Position numbers and translations under genes: made by a program. 35,962 nucleotides of DNA, taken from positions 1 to 35,962 of the forward strand of contig NIUZ01000039.1 in the NCBI GenBank assembly GCA_002254285.1, in the 5' to 3' direction. Of this stretch, positions 9,617 through 19,240 are shown piece after piece; the stretch's first letter is position 1; the number at the start of each line of letters is the position of its first letter. The notes beneath the pieces were generated by a model. The model was not told the DNA's origin and made no database searches. It saw nothing but the letters and a program-made list of their open reading frames with translations. Origin of the DNA: Bacteroidetes bacterium 4572_112 (lineage in GTDB: Bacteria > Bacteroidota > Bacteroidia > Bacteroidales > UBA1556).

Positions 9617-9784
9617 ATGGCTTATGTAATTAATGACGATTGTACAGCTTGTGGTACTTGTATTGATGAGTGTCCTACTGAAGCAATTTCTGAAGGAGAT
9701 ATTTACGTAATTGACGCAGACTTATGTACTGACTGTGGTTCTTGCGCTGATGTTTGTCCAGTTGAAGCAATTTCTCCTGAATAA
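9617..9784 (+). CDS. 2[4Fe-4S] clostridial-type ferredoxin, 55 aa (not in ORF track)
   Basis: MAYVINDDCTACGTCIDECPTEAISEGDIYVIDADLCTDCGSCADVCPVEAISPE*: two CxxCxxCxxxCP motifs, with its own promoter and terminator. Confidence 0.97.
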   Translation: MAYVINDDCTACGTCIDECPTEAISEGDIYVIDADLCTDCGSCADVCPVEAISPE

Positions 9785-9802
9785 CATCCGATATAGATCT
9801 TT

Positions 9803-9838
9803 AAAAAGCCCTTTCCTATTTGGATTGGGCTTTTTTTT
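9803..9838 (+). terminator. Intrinsic terminator after the ferredoxin gene
   Basis: AAAAAGCCC...GGGC followed by a T-tract. Confidence 0.75.
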
Positions 9839-9879
9839 ATGTGATAATAATTTTAAGAAATAATACATATTTTAAAGCA

Positions 9880-10221
9880 ATGCAATACACAAATAAACAC
9901 GTTAGAAGACAGAATAGATTGTTAAATAAAGAAGCGGCAGTGACACTATTAGATACTGCTTTTTGTGTGGTTGGCAAAACAAATGTTATTTCTAATCAAT
10001 TTACCACAGAGTATCAATCGGTAATCCTTGATTGTGAGGCAAGTATTAAAATCGAAACTGATGAAAAAGTAAAAGCTTTAAGGCTATTAATTAAAAAATA
10101 CTCGCCAAACGATATTGAATTAGGCGATGAGTATATTAAGAAATCCTTTGAACATACAGGCGTGATAAAGCTTAGTGTTAAAGATTGGTCGGGTAAAAGC
10201 AAAGCCACTAAAAACAGCTAA
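9880..10221 (+). pseudogene. Pyridoxamine 5'-phosphate oxidase-like (Nim-like) flavin-binding protein with apparent internal in-frame deletion
   Basis: N-terminal VRRQNRLL and C-terminal FCVVG..FTTEYQSVI..KYSP..SGK motifs are present, but the central PY..P...Y.H...G.K segment is absent (LLDTA|FCVVG); only 113 aa. Confidence 0.7.
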
Positions 10222-10278
10222 TAATTGCTAATCAAAAAAACATACTTTTGCACTAATAAATTTTTCAAATAGCATATT

Positions 10279-10890
10279 ATGGATCAAATACAGTCAATAT
10301 TACTAAAACGTTGTGTGGTGGAGTTCTCAAAACTGCCAGGTATTGGTAAAAAAACTGCCTTGCGATTAGCTATTCACCTACTTAAGCAAAAGCCTGATTA
10401 TGCTGTTTCTTTGGGGAATTCTATTATTGACTTGCGCCAGAATATTAATTTCTGCAAAAAATGCCATAATATTTCTGAAGGTGATTTCTGCGAAATTTGT
10501 AATGGAGTGAAAAGAAATCATTCGCAAATATGTGTGGTAGAAAACATTCAGGATGTGCTTTCTGTTGAAAATACCATGCAGTTTAATGGAACCTATCATA
10601 TCCTTAATGGTGTAATTTCGCCAATGGATGGCGTGTCTCCTTCTGACCTCAATATTGAAAGCTTAATCAATAGAGTGGAAGATGATGATATTGATGAAAT
10701 AATATTAGCATTGCCAACTACAATTGAAGGCGATACTACAAGCTTTTTTCTGTATAAAAAACTTGCTTCCTCAGTAAGCTCATTTACATCAATTGCACGT
10801 GGTGTTTCTGTGGGTGACGAATTAGAATATATTGATGAGCTAACCCTTGGCCGCTCTATTCTGAACAGGGTTCCTTATGCAGGTAAATAA
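10279..10890 (+). CDS. recR: Recombination mediator RecR
   Basis: LPGIGKKTALRLA HhH, C4 zinc finger, and Toprim motifs CVVE, YHILNG.ISP.DG and EGDTT. Confidence 0.97.
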   Translation: MDQIQSILLKRCVVEFSKLPGIGKKTALRLAIHLLKQKPDYAVSLGNSIIDLRQNINFCKKCHNISEGDFCEICNGVKRNHSQICVVENIQDVLSVENTMQFNGTYHILNGVISPMDGVSPSDLNIESLINRVEDDDIDEIILALPTTIEGDTTSFFLYKKLASSVSSFTSIARGVSVGDELEYIDELTLGRSILNRVPYAGK

Positions 10891-11114
10891 AAGCTTGTTG
10901 TCGGCAGAAAATTATAAGATTTTCAGGTGTTATTATATGCTAAAATATTGAATAAAATTAGTGTTAATAAATGTGAAAATCAAAATATTCACTCTTTAGT
11001 ACTCATAATCAAATAGATATATACTTGTTTTAAAATTGAATTTTTACTGATATTCGTCACCATTTCTGTTGAAAAAATAGCTATTTTTACGCCTTATAAT
11101 ACATTAAGATATTT

Positions 11115-11807
11115 ATGGCAATATTATCACATATAAGTAATTGTGAAGACGGTAATGACACAGGAAATTGTTTTAAAGTGCTTACTGAAGAGGAGCAAAC
11201 CCTACTTGAAAACAACCTAACCGAAATCCAATTTACTAAAGGAGAAACCATTGTAAAACAAGGTACAAAGGCGTCTGATATTCTTTACTTAAAAGAGGGT
11301 TTGGTGAAGATAGGTATTAGTAGTGGGGAGAATAATCTAATTATTTGTGTTAAGACTAAGAACCATTTTATTGGTACTGAAAATATATACGGATACGACT
11401 ATCATCCTTACACTGTTACAGCTCTTGAGGATTCAATGATTTGTTTTATTGATATAAGTGCAATCCGACAATTATTAAAGCAGAATAACACCTTTAATTC
11501 AGAAATGTATAAGGTTATCACAAGTAATTCACTAATTACTTATGATAGATTTTTCTCTTTAACTCAGAAGCAACTTCATGGTAGGTTTGCTGATATATTA
11601 CTTTGCTTAAGTAAGAATGTGTTTAAAGCTCAGAAATTTGATCTTCCTTTAAGCCGTAAGGACTTAGCTGCTCTTACAGGTATGGCACCAGAGAGTGTTA
11701 TTAGGATTATTAAAGATTTCAAAACTGATAAAATTATTGCAACCAAAGGAAAACGAATAGAAATACTAAATCAACTTTTATTAGAGAAGATTAGTACTGT
11801 AGGTTAA
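11115..11807 (+). CDS. Crp/Fnr-family transcriptional regulator
   Basis: cNMP-binding beta-roll and C-terminal HTH (LSRKDLAALTGMAPESVIRII). Confidence 0.93.
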   Translation: MAILSHISNCEDGNDTGNCFKVLTEEEQTLLENNLTEIQFTKGETIVKQGTKASDILYLKEGLVKIGISSGENNLIICVKTKNHFIGTENIYGYDYHPYTVTALEDSMICFIDISAIRQLLKQNNTFNSEMYKVITSNSLITYDRFFSLTQKQLHGRFADILLCLSKNVFKAQKFDLPLSRKDLAALTGMAPESVIRIIKDFKTDKIIATKGKRIEILNQLLLEKISTVG

Positions 11808-11829
11808 TTTGGTTTTTAAACGATATATT

Positions 11830-11862
11830 AAGAAGAGGATAATCTGATTATCCTCTTTTTTT
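11830..11862 (+). terminator. Terminator after the Crp/Fnr gene
   Basis: AAGAGGATAATC-T-GATTATCCTCTT followed by a T-tract. Confidence 0.75.
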
Positions 11863-11927
11863 GTGCATATAAAAATGGATTTGTTTCTATAGAATACGTA
11901 ATATCAATTTGGTATAAATCCGTAATG

Positions 11928-11966
11928 CAAAAAAAGAGAATGTTTAATTAAAAACATTCTCTTTTT
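11928..11966 (-). terminator. Terminator after floA
   Basis: A-tract + GAGAATGTTT..AAACATTCTC hairpin. Confidence 0.7.
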
Positions 11967-11995
11967 ATATATTTGAAATAAGCTCTAGAGCTTAT

Positions 11996-13003
11996 TTATT
12001 TTATTTTATTTCCGCCAGACTTAGGCTTGGCAATAGACTCACGCATGCTTGTGTCTGCTTGTATATTCTGGAATTTATAATAATCCATAATTCCCATGTT
12101 TCCATTACGGAATGCTTCTGACATAGCTTTAGGAACTTCGGCTTCAGCTTCAATAACTTTAGCACGGGCCTCTTGAGCCTTAGCTTTCATTTCCTGCTCC
12201 AATGCTACAGCCATAGCTCTACGCTCTTCAGCTTTTGCCTGGGCAATGTTTTTATCAGCCTCAGCTTGATCCATCTGAAGTGCTGCTCCAATATTTTTTC
12301 CTATATCAATATCAGCAATATCAATTGATAAAATCTGGAATGCTGTTCCTGCATCTAATCCTTTTTCAAGAACTAATTTAGAAATTACATCAGGGTTTTC
12401 TAATACTTTCTTATGATTCTCTGACGAACCAATAGAACTAACAACGCCCTCGCCAATACGAGCAAGTACGGTATCCTCACCAGCTCCACCAACTAATTGT
12501 TCGATATTTGCTCTTACTGTTACTCGGGCTTTAGCAATAAGCTGAATTCCATCTTTTGCAACAGCAGTTACAGGAGGAGTGTTAATAACCTTAGGATTTA
12601 CCGACATTTGTACAGCTTCTAATACATCTCTACCAGCAAGGTCAATTGCCGTAGCTATATTGAAAGTAAGATTCATATTAGCCTTGTCAGCAGAAATAAG
12701 TGCGTTTACAACCAACTGAATATTACCACCAGCTAAAAAGTGAGCCTCAAGCTGATCACGAGTGATGTCGATACCTGCTTTCTTAGAGGTAATCATTGCG
12801 TGAACAATGCCTCCTGGAGGAACCTTACGGAAACGCATCATAACTAATTGAAGAAGATTTACAGGAACACCCGATACTGCGGCTTGAAACCATAGATTAA
12901 TAGGTATAATGTAAAAGAAAAGTAATAGAGCAATGATGCCTACCACGAAGAAAACTGCCATGCCAGCCATTGACTGAGCAAGAATTAAAAGTAATGTGTT
13001 CAT
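11996..13003 (-). CDS. floA: Flotillin-like protein FloA (YqfA)
   Basis: [46 protein letters not shown] and MDYY motifs. Confidence 0.95.
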   Translation of the reverse strand: MNTLLLILAQSMAGMAVFFVVGIIALLLFFYIIPINLWFQAAVSGVPVNLLQLVMMRFRKVPPGGIVHAMITSKKAGIDITRDQLEAHFLAGGNIQLVVNALISADKANMNLTFNIATAIDLAGRDVLEAVQMSVNPKVINTPPVTAVAKDGIQLIAKARVTVRANIEQLVGGAGEDTVLARIGEGVVSSIGSSENHKKVLENPDVISKLVLEKGLDAGTAFQILSIDIADIDIGKNIGAALQMDQAEADKNIAQAKAEERRAMAVALEQEMKAKAQEARAKVIEAEAEVPKAMSEAFRNGNMGIMDYYKFQNIQADTSMRESIAKPKSGGNKIK

Positions 13004-13004
13004 A

Positions 13005-13472
13005 TTATTTGATTAATGGTTTTACAATGATTTCGTTTCTATCGGTGCTAATAATCTCTATCTCTGTTTTGGGATCAAGGAATCCAGTATCTGATTTTCC
13101 TTCCAAAGTTTTATTCCCTATTCTAATAGTTCCCAGTGGAGTCAATCGAGAAATAGTTATTCCTGTATCTCCAATGTTAATAGTCTCTCTATAATCCTCT
13201 TTTACTGAAGAATCAATACTGTTTTTTAACTCGACTCTACGCCACGATTTCTGCTTTATAATAGTGAATAAAGCGATGGTTAGAATGCTGAAAATTAGAA
13301 ATGTATTTATATGAGCTTCAATAGCATAACCTTCGCTATAGGGTAAGTATATTGCGTAAATCAGCAATAAGCCACCTAAGATGCCAAGTATGCCACCAGG
13401 TACAAATAGTACCTCTGCAATAATAAATGCTAATGCTATTACTACAAGCCCAATTATTAGAATCCAAAACAT
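13005..13472 (-). CDS. Short NfeD-family membrane protein
   Basis: [10 protein letters not shown] region plus C-terminal OB-fold G.T.SRL.P.G; directly upstream of floA. Confidence 0.88.
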   Translation of the reverse strand: MFWILIIGLVVIALAFIIAEVLFVPGGILGILGGLLLIYAIYLPYSEGYAIEAHINTFLIFSILTIALFTIIKQKSWRRVELKNSIDSSVKEDYRETINIGDTGITISRLTPLGTIRIGNKTLEGKSDTGFLDPKTEIEIISTDRNEIIVKPLIK

Positions 13473-13575
13473 ATTTTGTGATATTAATTAAGTGTACTAA
13501 AGTATAAAATATTCTAATATACTTTAAAGGTATTTTATGTATTTTTACTTCATTAATTAAATAATAGATAAATTA

Positions 13576-14601
13576 ATGAATAACCAATACGGGAAAATTG
13601 CAAGGTATGCTAAGTTGCGGTATGCTAGTATATTAATGCTGATAGTTATAAGTATAGGAACTAGTGGTTTTATGATACTTGAAGACTTAGATTTTATTAA
13701 TGCACTATATTTAAGTGTTATTACTATTTCTACTGTTGGTTTTAGCGATGTATTGATTACAACTATTGCTGGTAAAATATTTACAATCATGCTTATAATG
13801 ATTGGTTGGACAGGCTTTGCATATGCAATATCAGTAATTACATCACATTTTGTAGAAGGAGGAATGGGGAATATTATTTATAAATATCGTCACAAAAATT
13901 TATTGAAGAAGATGAAGAATCATACAATTTTAGTTGGATATGGCCGTAATGGTAGTCAGGCAGCTGAGGAATTAGCAAAACGAAATAGTGAGTTTGTGGT
14001 TATTGAAAAATCTCATGAGCTTATTCTTGCAAGTTTGAGCAAAAGGGTAGAGTTTGTAGAAGGTGATGCTACCGAAGATGATATATTATCAGAGGCTGGA
14101 ATAGAGAAAGCAAAATCGATAATTATAACCTTGCCTTTGGATTCTGATAATTTATTTGTGACAATAACAGCTAGGGCACTGAATCCTAAAATTCAGATTA
14201 TAACTCGTGCAGCAAGTGATTCGGCAGAAAAGAAATTATTGATAGCTGGTGCAGACGAGGTAGTTATGCCGGAGTATGTTGGTGGCTCACATATGGCAGC
14301 TATGGTTAGTTCGGTGGATGTTGTACACTTTTTGGATCATATATCGCTAAGCGGTGAAGCAGATACTAACCTTGTGGAGATTGTCTGTGGCGAATTGCCA
14401 AAGGATCTTATTAATAACACAATATTTGAATTGGGAGTACGTACCAAAAGTGGTGCTAATATTGTTGGTTTCAAAACTGCTAATGGAGATATTGTTACCA
14501 ACCCAACTCCAGATACTAAAATACAAGCAGGCTCTAAACTATTTGTACTCGGTAACCCTGAGCAAATAGCTAAAATGAAGAAGATACTTAGGCTATCGTA
14601 A
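13576..14601 (+). CDS. Potassium channel protein with RCK (TrkA_N/TrkA_C) domains
   Basis: 2TM pore with TISTVGF filter, GYGRNG NAD-binding motif, GDAT, and a C-terminal TrkA_C domain. Confidence 0.92.
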   Translation: MNNQYGKIARYAKLRYASILMLIVISIGTSGFMILEDLDFINALYLSVITISTVGFSDVLITTIAGKIFTIMLIMIGWTGFAYAISVITSHFVEGGMGNIIYKYRHKNLLKKMKNHTILVGYGRNGSQAAEELAKRNSEFVVIEKSHELILASLSKRVEFVEGDATEDDILSEAGIEKAKSIIITLPLDSDNLFVTITARALNPKIQIITRAASDSAEKKLLIAGADEVVMPEYVGGSHMAAMVSSVDVVHFLDHISLSGEADTNLVEIVCGELPKDLINNTIFELGVRTKSGANIVGFKTANGDIVTNPTPDTKIQAGSKLFVLGNPEQIAKMKKILRLS

Positions 14602-14620
14602 AATACAGGTATTTAATAAT

Positions 14621-14887
14621 TTTTTACCAATCTTTACCACCCTTTACAACTTTTTACCTTTTTCAAAAAGGCTAAAGGCTAAAGGCTAAAGGCTAAAGGC
14701 TAAAGGCTAAAGGTTAAAGGCTAAAGGCTAAAGGTTAAAGGCTAAAGGCTAAAGGCTAAAGGGTAAAAAAGGCTAAAGGCTAAAATTCAAAGTCTAAAGT
14801 ATAGTCCTTACAAACCTTTACTACCCTTTACAACTCTTTACCACTTTTTACAATCCTTTACAACTCTTTACTATTTCTTACCACCTG
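14621..14887. repeat. Composite tandem array: four 10-mers, about 18 AAAGGCT-type 7-mers, eight TTACnAnnYT-type 10-mers
   Basis: 14 contiguous heptamers at 14667-14764 plus 5 more or less degenerate ones; 10-mer blocks at 14621-14660 and 14808-14887. Confidence 0.95.
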
Positions 14888-16041
14888 CCACTTTGGTTAA
14901 ACCTTTTTATTATAGAATTGGTTTCGCTTTTGATATCGTGCATGAATTGTAATGCGCGTGTTTTTAGCTCTTCATTTCCGTTATGGTTTGCATAAACAAA
15001 CAGAAAAGGGATTATTGTGTTTATCATTATCAAATCAAAAGAGCTACTTCCGAATTTCTTTTTTACATTCTTGGTTTTCTTTCCAAAGACATAATGATCT
15101 TCCCAATATTCGGAGGTTTCTATTTCGAATAAAGCTTGTAATTCCTTAAGCTTATCAATGGCAATTATTTTCGAAAACAGATGTGATGATTTATGTATCA
15201 AAGAAGCAAACTGTGCTATGCGAATGCTGGGAAAATTTACAGGACGCATTCTCATAAATTTCCATTGATATGAGTATACTGATTGTAAATTATGCTTCTT
15301 TTTCAGAAATAAATACTCGTTTTGCAAAGCCGTGGAATATTCATCCTTTAGATTAGGATTTATAAGCGACGACTGACCAAAAAGTATTGCTTCAATCTGA
15401 AAGATATTGTCTTTATATTTTGCTAATGTGCTAAGGGGGGTACTGCTTGCCAACTGCTCAAAAGGGTCAGAGTTTATATTAAATCCAAAATTGCGAGCAA
15501 GTGCTATATAAAATGTTTCTTCCCAATTATTCTTGTTCTTTATAAGTGATGCTTCAATTTGCTCAGTCTTGAATTCGAGGCGTTCGATAAGTAGCCTTTC
15601 GAGCCAAGCGTCTTTTATAAAGCTGTCGACATTGCCTATTTGCTTTGCGCATGGTATCCAATCTCTGGAGCCTTGTAAGTCTTTATATTTGGCATACTGA
15701 CTAAGGTTGAATTTACCTTTTAGTTCCAACACTTCGAGCCTATTTCCTCCTTTGGTAGTAATCTCCTCATCGTGGTCGTATACCACATGCAGTATTACTG
15801 AGTCGTAAGCTGAATCCTTATTATGATTATGTCTATGCCAATCTGATGATTTTATGTGCATTTCCACACTGCCATTCCATTCGGTGCCATCAATAATAAG
15901 TTTTGCGCCTAAGAAATCGGGTCCCGAATTTGTGTTTAATATTCCTGTATTAATAACTTTAATACTCAAACCATCAGCAGTAAAAAGATCGCCTGTGTAA
16001 TTCTTATGTTTCCATATATAATAAAGGAAATCTTCGGTCAT
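14878..16041 (-). CDS. DUF2851-family protein, apparently C-terminally truncated
   Basis: M.EDFL.YIW, GPDF, G.VEMH, W..H.H..D..Y..VILHVV and RMRP.NFP..R motifs. It ends NSIIKRFNQ-SGRW* inside the repeat array and lacks the usual Cys-containing tail. Confidence 0.85.
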   Translation of the reverse strand: MTEDFLYYIWKHKNYTGDLFTADGLSIKVINTGILNTNSGPDFLGAKLIIDGTEWNGSVEMHIKSSDWHRHNHNKDSAYDSVILHVVYDHDEEITTKGGNRLEVLELKGKFNLSQYAKYKDLQGSRDWIPCAKQIGNVDSFIKDAWLERLLIERLEFKTEQIEASLIKNKNNWEETFYIALARNFGFNINSDPFEQLASSTPLSTLAKYKDNIFQIEAILFGQSSLINPNLKDEYSTALQNEYLFLKKKHNLQSVYSYQWKFMRMRPVNFPSIRIAQFASLIHKSSHLFSKIIAIDKLKELQALFEIETSEYWEDHYVFGKKTKNVKKKFGSSSFDLIMINTIIPFLFVYANHNGNEELKTRALQFMHDIKSETNSIIKRFNQSGRW

Positions 16042-16052
16042 GGATTAGGGTA

Positions 16053-16457
16053 TTAAATATGGATTTGATTATTTCTATGGTCAATAATAATAAGTTGCAG
16101 AATGAATAATACTCCAACGGATATTATGCTATAATAAGTTATGCTGCTAATGCCTATTGATTTGAAACTTAGTGTATTGAAGTAGTCAAAACTAGGAATG
16201 TATTCAGAGAGTGAAATGCTACTACTTTGAGGCATCATTAGCATAGCATAAGAAATAAGTGAGATAATAATTAAAGAAATTATATACCAAGTATTTCTTG
16301 ATATTAATGGTGCTATTTCTGTGGAGGTTTGTTTTTCTACAGAAATTTTGACCATAATATTTGATGTAAAATCAAGGCTAGGGGTTTCAATATTATCATT
16401 ACTGAAAACCTTTTTTGCTATTTTATCTATTCTGCTATCTGTTTTCATATACGTCAA
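16053..16457 (-). CDS. Putative membrane anti-sigma factor
   Basis: PS.DFT..IM motif, PLIS and two TM helices; overlaps the 3' end of the ECF sigma gene. Confidence 0.65.
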   Translation of the reverse strand: MTYMKTDSRIDKIAKKVFSNDNIETPSLDFTSNIMVKISVEKQTSTEIAPLISRNTWYIISLIIISLISYAMLMMPQSSSISLSEYIPSFDYFNTLSFKSIGISSITYYSIISVGVLFILQLIIIDHRNNQIHI

Positions 16458-17019
16458 TTATTTCTTTAGGAAGCTGCTTTCTTAATATAATCATAAGCTT
16501 TTGCCTGCTTCTATGAATTTTAACCTTTATGCTATTTGCTTTATGTCCAGTAATGTCAGCAATCTCTTGCATCGACATATCTTCATAATAGTACAAAGTT
16601 AATATAAAAGCTTCTTCCTTATCGAGTTTTTTTATACTTGATTTTATTTGAGAATTGAATTCATTATTTTCTAAAATATCCATAGTTGAATCCATATCAG
16701 CAAATTCGTACTCATCAATATTAATGCTGCTTAGTGAGTCGCTATGTCTCTTTATGCTTTTCAGTTTGTCGAGGCTTGTGTTATAAGCAATACGATATAT
16801 CCACGATGAGAATTTTGCCTCGCCTTTGAATTTTGCCAAGGATTTATAAATTTTCAGAAATGTATCCTGTGCAGCTTCCTCGGCATACTCTTTATCTTTT
16901 ATAATTCTATAGCATAAGGTAAAAACAAGATTCTTATACCTATCAATAAGTATAGAGAATGCGTTATCCTCACCTTTCAGCACCTTATCAATGTAGTATT
17001 GGTCGTTGTTATTGCTCAT
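16435..17019 (-). CDS. ECF-type RNA polymerase sigma-70 factor (SigW-like)
   Basis: Region 2 (AEEAAQDTFLKIY..F.G...FSSWIYRIAYN) and region 4 (LYYYEDMSMQEIA...IKVKIHRSR). Confidence 0.95.
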   Translation of the reverse strand: MSNNNDQYYIDKVLKGEDNAFSILIDRYKNLVFTLCYRIIKDKEYAEEAAQDTFLKIYKSLAKFKGEAKFSSWIYRIAYNTSLDKLKSIKRHSDSLSSINIDEYEFADMDSTMDILENNEFNSQIKSSIKKLDKEEAFILTLYYYEDMSMQEIADITGHKANSIKVKIHRSRQKLMIILRKQLPKEIIDVYENR

Positions 17020-17025
17020 CTATAG

Positions 17026-17056
17026 TATAGACTTTGGTTATCTATGTTTGGTTACA
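17026..17056 (-). promoter_or_regulatory. ECF-type promoter of the sigma gene
   Basis: TGTAACC-N16-AGTCTATA; AGTC ends 10 nt before the ATG. Confidence 0.75.
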
Positions 17057-17065
17057 GTTTTTCTT

Positions 17066-17247
17066 AAGGCTAAAGTGGGAAAAGGCTAAAGGCTAAAGTA
17101 AAAAAGGCTAAAGGCTAAAGTAAAAAAGGCTAAAACTCAAAGTATAAAGTGAAAAGTATAGTCCTTACAAAGCTTTACCATTCCTTACAATTCTTTACTA
17201 TTTTTCACCAACCTTTACATTTCAAAGCAAAGGCTGAGGCTGAAGTC
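17066..17247. repeat. Second composite AAAGGCT / TTAC-10-mer array
   Basis: Shares the AAAGGCTAAAA(C/T)TCAAAGT..ATAGTCCTTACAAA.CTTTAC junction with 14768-14821, in the same orientation. Confidence 0.9.
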
Positions 17248-17279
17248 CTAATTAATAATTAAACATTAATAATTACAAA

Positions 17280-17310
17280 TGTAACCGATTCAGAAAAAAC
17301 ATCGTCATAA
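17280..17310 (+). promoter_or_regulatory. ECF-type promoter of the DUF6249 gene
   Basis: TGTAACC-N16-CGTCATAA. Confidence 0.75.
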
Positions 17311-17350
17311 GTCACGAGAGCAAAGTTATAAATTTAATAAACATAATATT

Positions 17351-17701
17351 ATGGGAGATTTTTTTATTGTATTAGTCATTTTCGGTTCAATATTCGGAGT
17401 TTTTTACCTTCATTATAATACCCGCAATAGAGAGCGAATGGCTTTAATAGAGAAAGGTGCTGATGCAGGTATATTTTTTAGTAAAAAAGAAAAGCGCATT
17501 ACTCCAGTATGGAAAGTACTGACATTAAACCTTGCATTATTGCTCATGGGAGTTGGAATAGGGATTGTTTTTGGTGCCACACTTGGTGAATATACTGCTA
17601 TGGGAAGTGAAATTACTATGCCGGGCTCAATATTCTTTTTTGCAGGCACGGGCTTATTAGTTGGTTATTTTATTTCTAGAGATTTTGATAAGGTAAAATA
17701 G
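17351..17701 (+). CDS. DUF6249-like small membrane protein
   Basis: TRNRERMALIEKG motif with three TM helices; divergent from the ECF sigma gene. Confidence 0.8.
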   Translation: MGDFFIVLVIFGSIFGVFYLHYNTRNRERMALIEKGADAGIFFSKKEKRITPVWKVLTLNLALLLMGVGIGIVFGATLGEYTAMGSEITMPGSIFFFAGTGLLVGYFISRDFDKVK

Positions 17702-17716
17702 AAATTTAGCTAAAAT

Positions 17717-17756
17717 AAAAAAGCATCTTCAATTTAATTATTGAAGATGCTTTTTT
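17717..17756. terminator. Bidirectional terminator
   Basis: AAAAAAGCATCTTCAAT..ATTGAAGATGCTTTTTT between convergent genes. Confidence 0.85.
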
Positions 17757-17784
17757 ATTTTTTAATGAAAGATAATTGCAAATA

Positions 17785-19224
17785 TTACTTAGCCAATAGG
17801 TCCTTAATAATGTCACCAGCACCCATACTAGGACGAGTAGCATTAGCGTCATAGATGTTTCCTTGAGGGTCAAAAATCATAAAACGAGGTATTCCGTTTA
17901 CTTTATAAAAGTTTTGGATAGTTTCGTTCTGACCTGCCCATACTTGAACACCTTTTAGCTCTTCGTCTTTTACCATCTGCTGCCAAGGCTGCTGCTCTCT
18001 ATCAACAGATATTGACATAAATACAATATCTTGTCCTTTGAACTCTTCTTCTAAACCTTTTAGTACAGGAATCTCTGCTTTACAAGGGCTACACCAAGTT
18101 GCCCAAATATCGATATATATCCACTTGCCTTTAAATTGCTCAAAAGTAACAGCATTGCCATCCATATCAACTAACTGAATCTCTTTAGCAGGAGCTCCTT
18201 TGTCTAAATGCTTCCATTCAGCTAATTTGTCAGTTATGTTTTGTACTAAAATATCATTTGTACAAGTCTTTGTAAAAGCATCCCAATATAAATCCTTATC
18301 AGTGCTACCACGGTAGTCTACTTGATCGTATACGCTTTTGTAAGCAAGAATACTCTTAATTGTACTATTTTCTATTTTAGAATTAATAATACTCATTTGA
18401 TAGTTTGCGTATGAAACATATTCTTTCTGAATATTCTCATCTTCATAAAAAGCACCATTGTCTGTCCTTAAGTAACTTTGGAGAAATTCAAGGTAAATAG
18501 GAAGAATAACAAGCTCTTCATTATTTAAATCAACCTCAGCAAGGTAAGTGTCAAATTCTGGTGTTAAATTAACTTTATTATCACCTTCTAATTTATGAAT
18601 ATAGTTATAGTAATCAGGGTATATGCGGTGGAGAATAGCCCATTCGTATATAGCTCTAGAGTTCTCTATTTTTATAAAGTATGGGTCGATATTAGCATTG
18701 CCTTTTTGTAAGGCAGCAAGTTCGTCAGCATGCAAAGCACGAGCAGAGTCAAGCGAATTCATGGCAGCTTTTTCTTCTTGTCCCATAAGGCTCATCAATG
18801 ATTGATTAAGCTTGTCAGAAATGTTTTTAGAACGCAATAAGTAGTCATTATATATAGGTGCATTTCCACCAAACTTAATTGTTTGATAAAAACTACCAAC
18901 TCCCTTTGCATTAATTAATAATGAATCACCAGGGCGAGTATATAAAGTGATTTTTGGACGACCACCCACAAAATTTAATTCAAAATATTCAGGCTTATCT
19001 ATATTCGCTTCAAAAATAATATCTCCATTTTCGTTAACCTTAATAGTATCTCCGGCTATTTGAAAAGGGGAGGTGCTTTTAATAACAGCTTGTACTCCTT
19101 CGTATTCTTCAAAACTAATTTTTATAACAGTTTTATTCGACTTTTCGTTATCTGTATTACACGAAAAAAGAAATAATAACATTGCGAAAATGCTTAGCGA
19201 TAATACGCTTTTTGATGTGTTCAT
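17785..19224 (-). CDS. TlpA-family thiol:disulfide oxidoreductase lipoprotein
   Basis: Lipobox LFSC; DIWATWCSPC, SISVD and GIPRF thioredoxin-fold motifs. Confidence 0.92.
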   Translation of the reverse strand: MNTSKSVLSLSIFAMLLFLFSCNTDNEKSNKTVIKISFEEYEGVQAVIKSTSPFQIAGDTIKVNENGDIIFEANIDKPEYFELNFVGGRPKITLYTRPGDSLLINAKGVGSFYQTIKFGGNAPIYNDYLLRSKNISDKLNQSLMSLMGQEEKAAMNSLDSARALHADELAALQKGNANIDPYFIKIENSRAIYEWAILHRIYPDYYNYIHKLEGDNKVNLTPEFDTYLAEVDLNNEELVILPIYLEFLQSYLRTDNGAFYEDENIQKEYVSYANYQMSIINSKIENSTIKSILAYKSVYDQVDYRGSTDKDLYWDAFTKTCTNDILVQNITDKLAEWKHLDKGAPAKEIQLVDMDGNAVTFEQFKGKWIYIDIWATWCSPCKAEIPVLKGLEEEFKGQDIVFMSISVDREQQPWQQMVKDEELKGVQVWAGQNETIQNFYKVNGIPRFMIFDPQGNIYDANATRPSMGAGDIIKDLLAK

Positions 19225-19240
19225 ATTGCTAATAGTTTAG

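Noticed and set aside
13473-13575. ECF (SigW-like) promoter upstream of nfeD-floA, by analogy with Bacillus
   Set aside because: No TGTAACC-N16-MGTC match is visible in this spacer.
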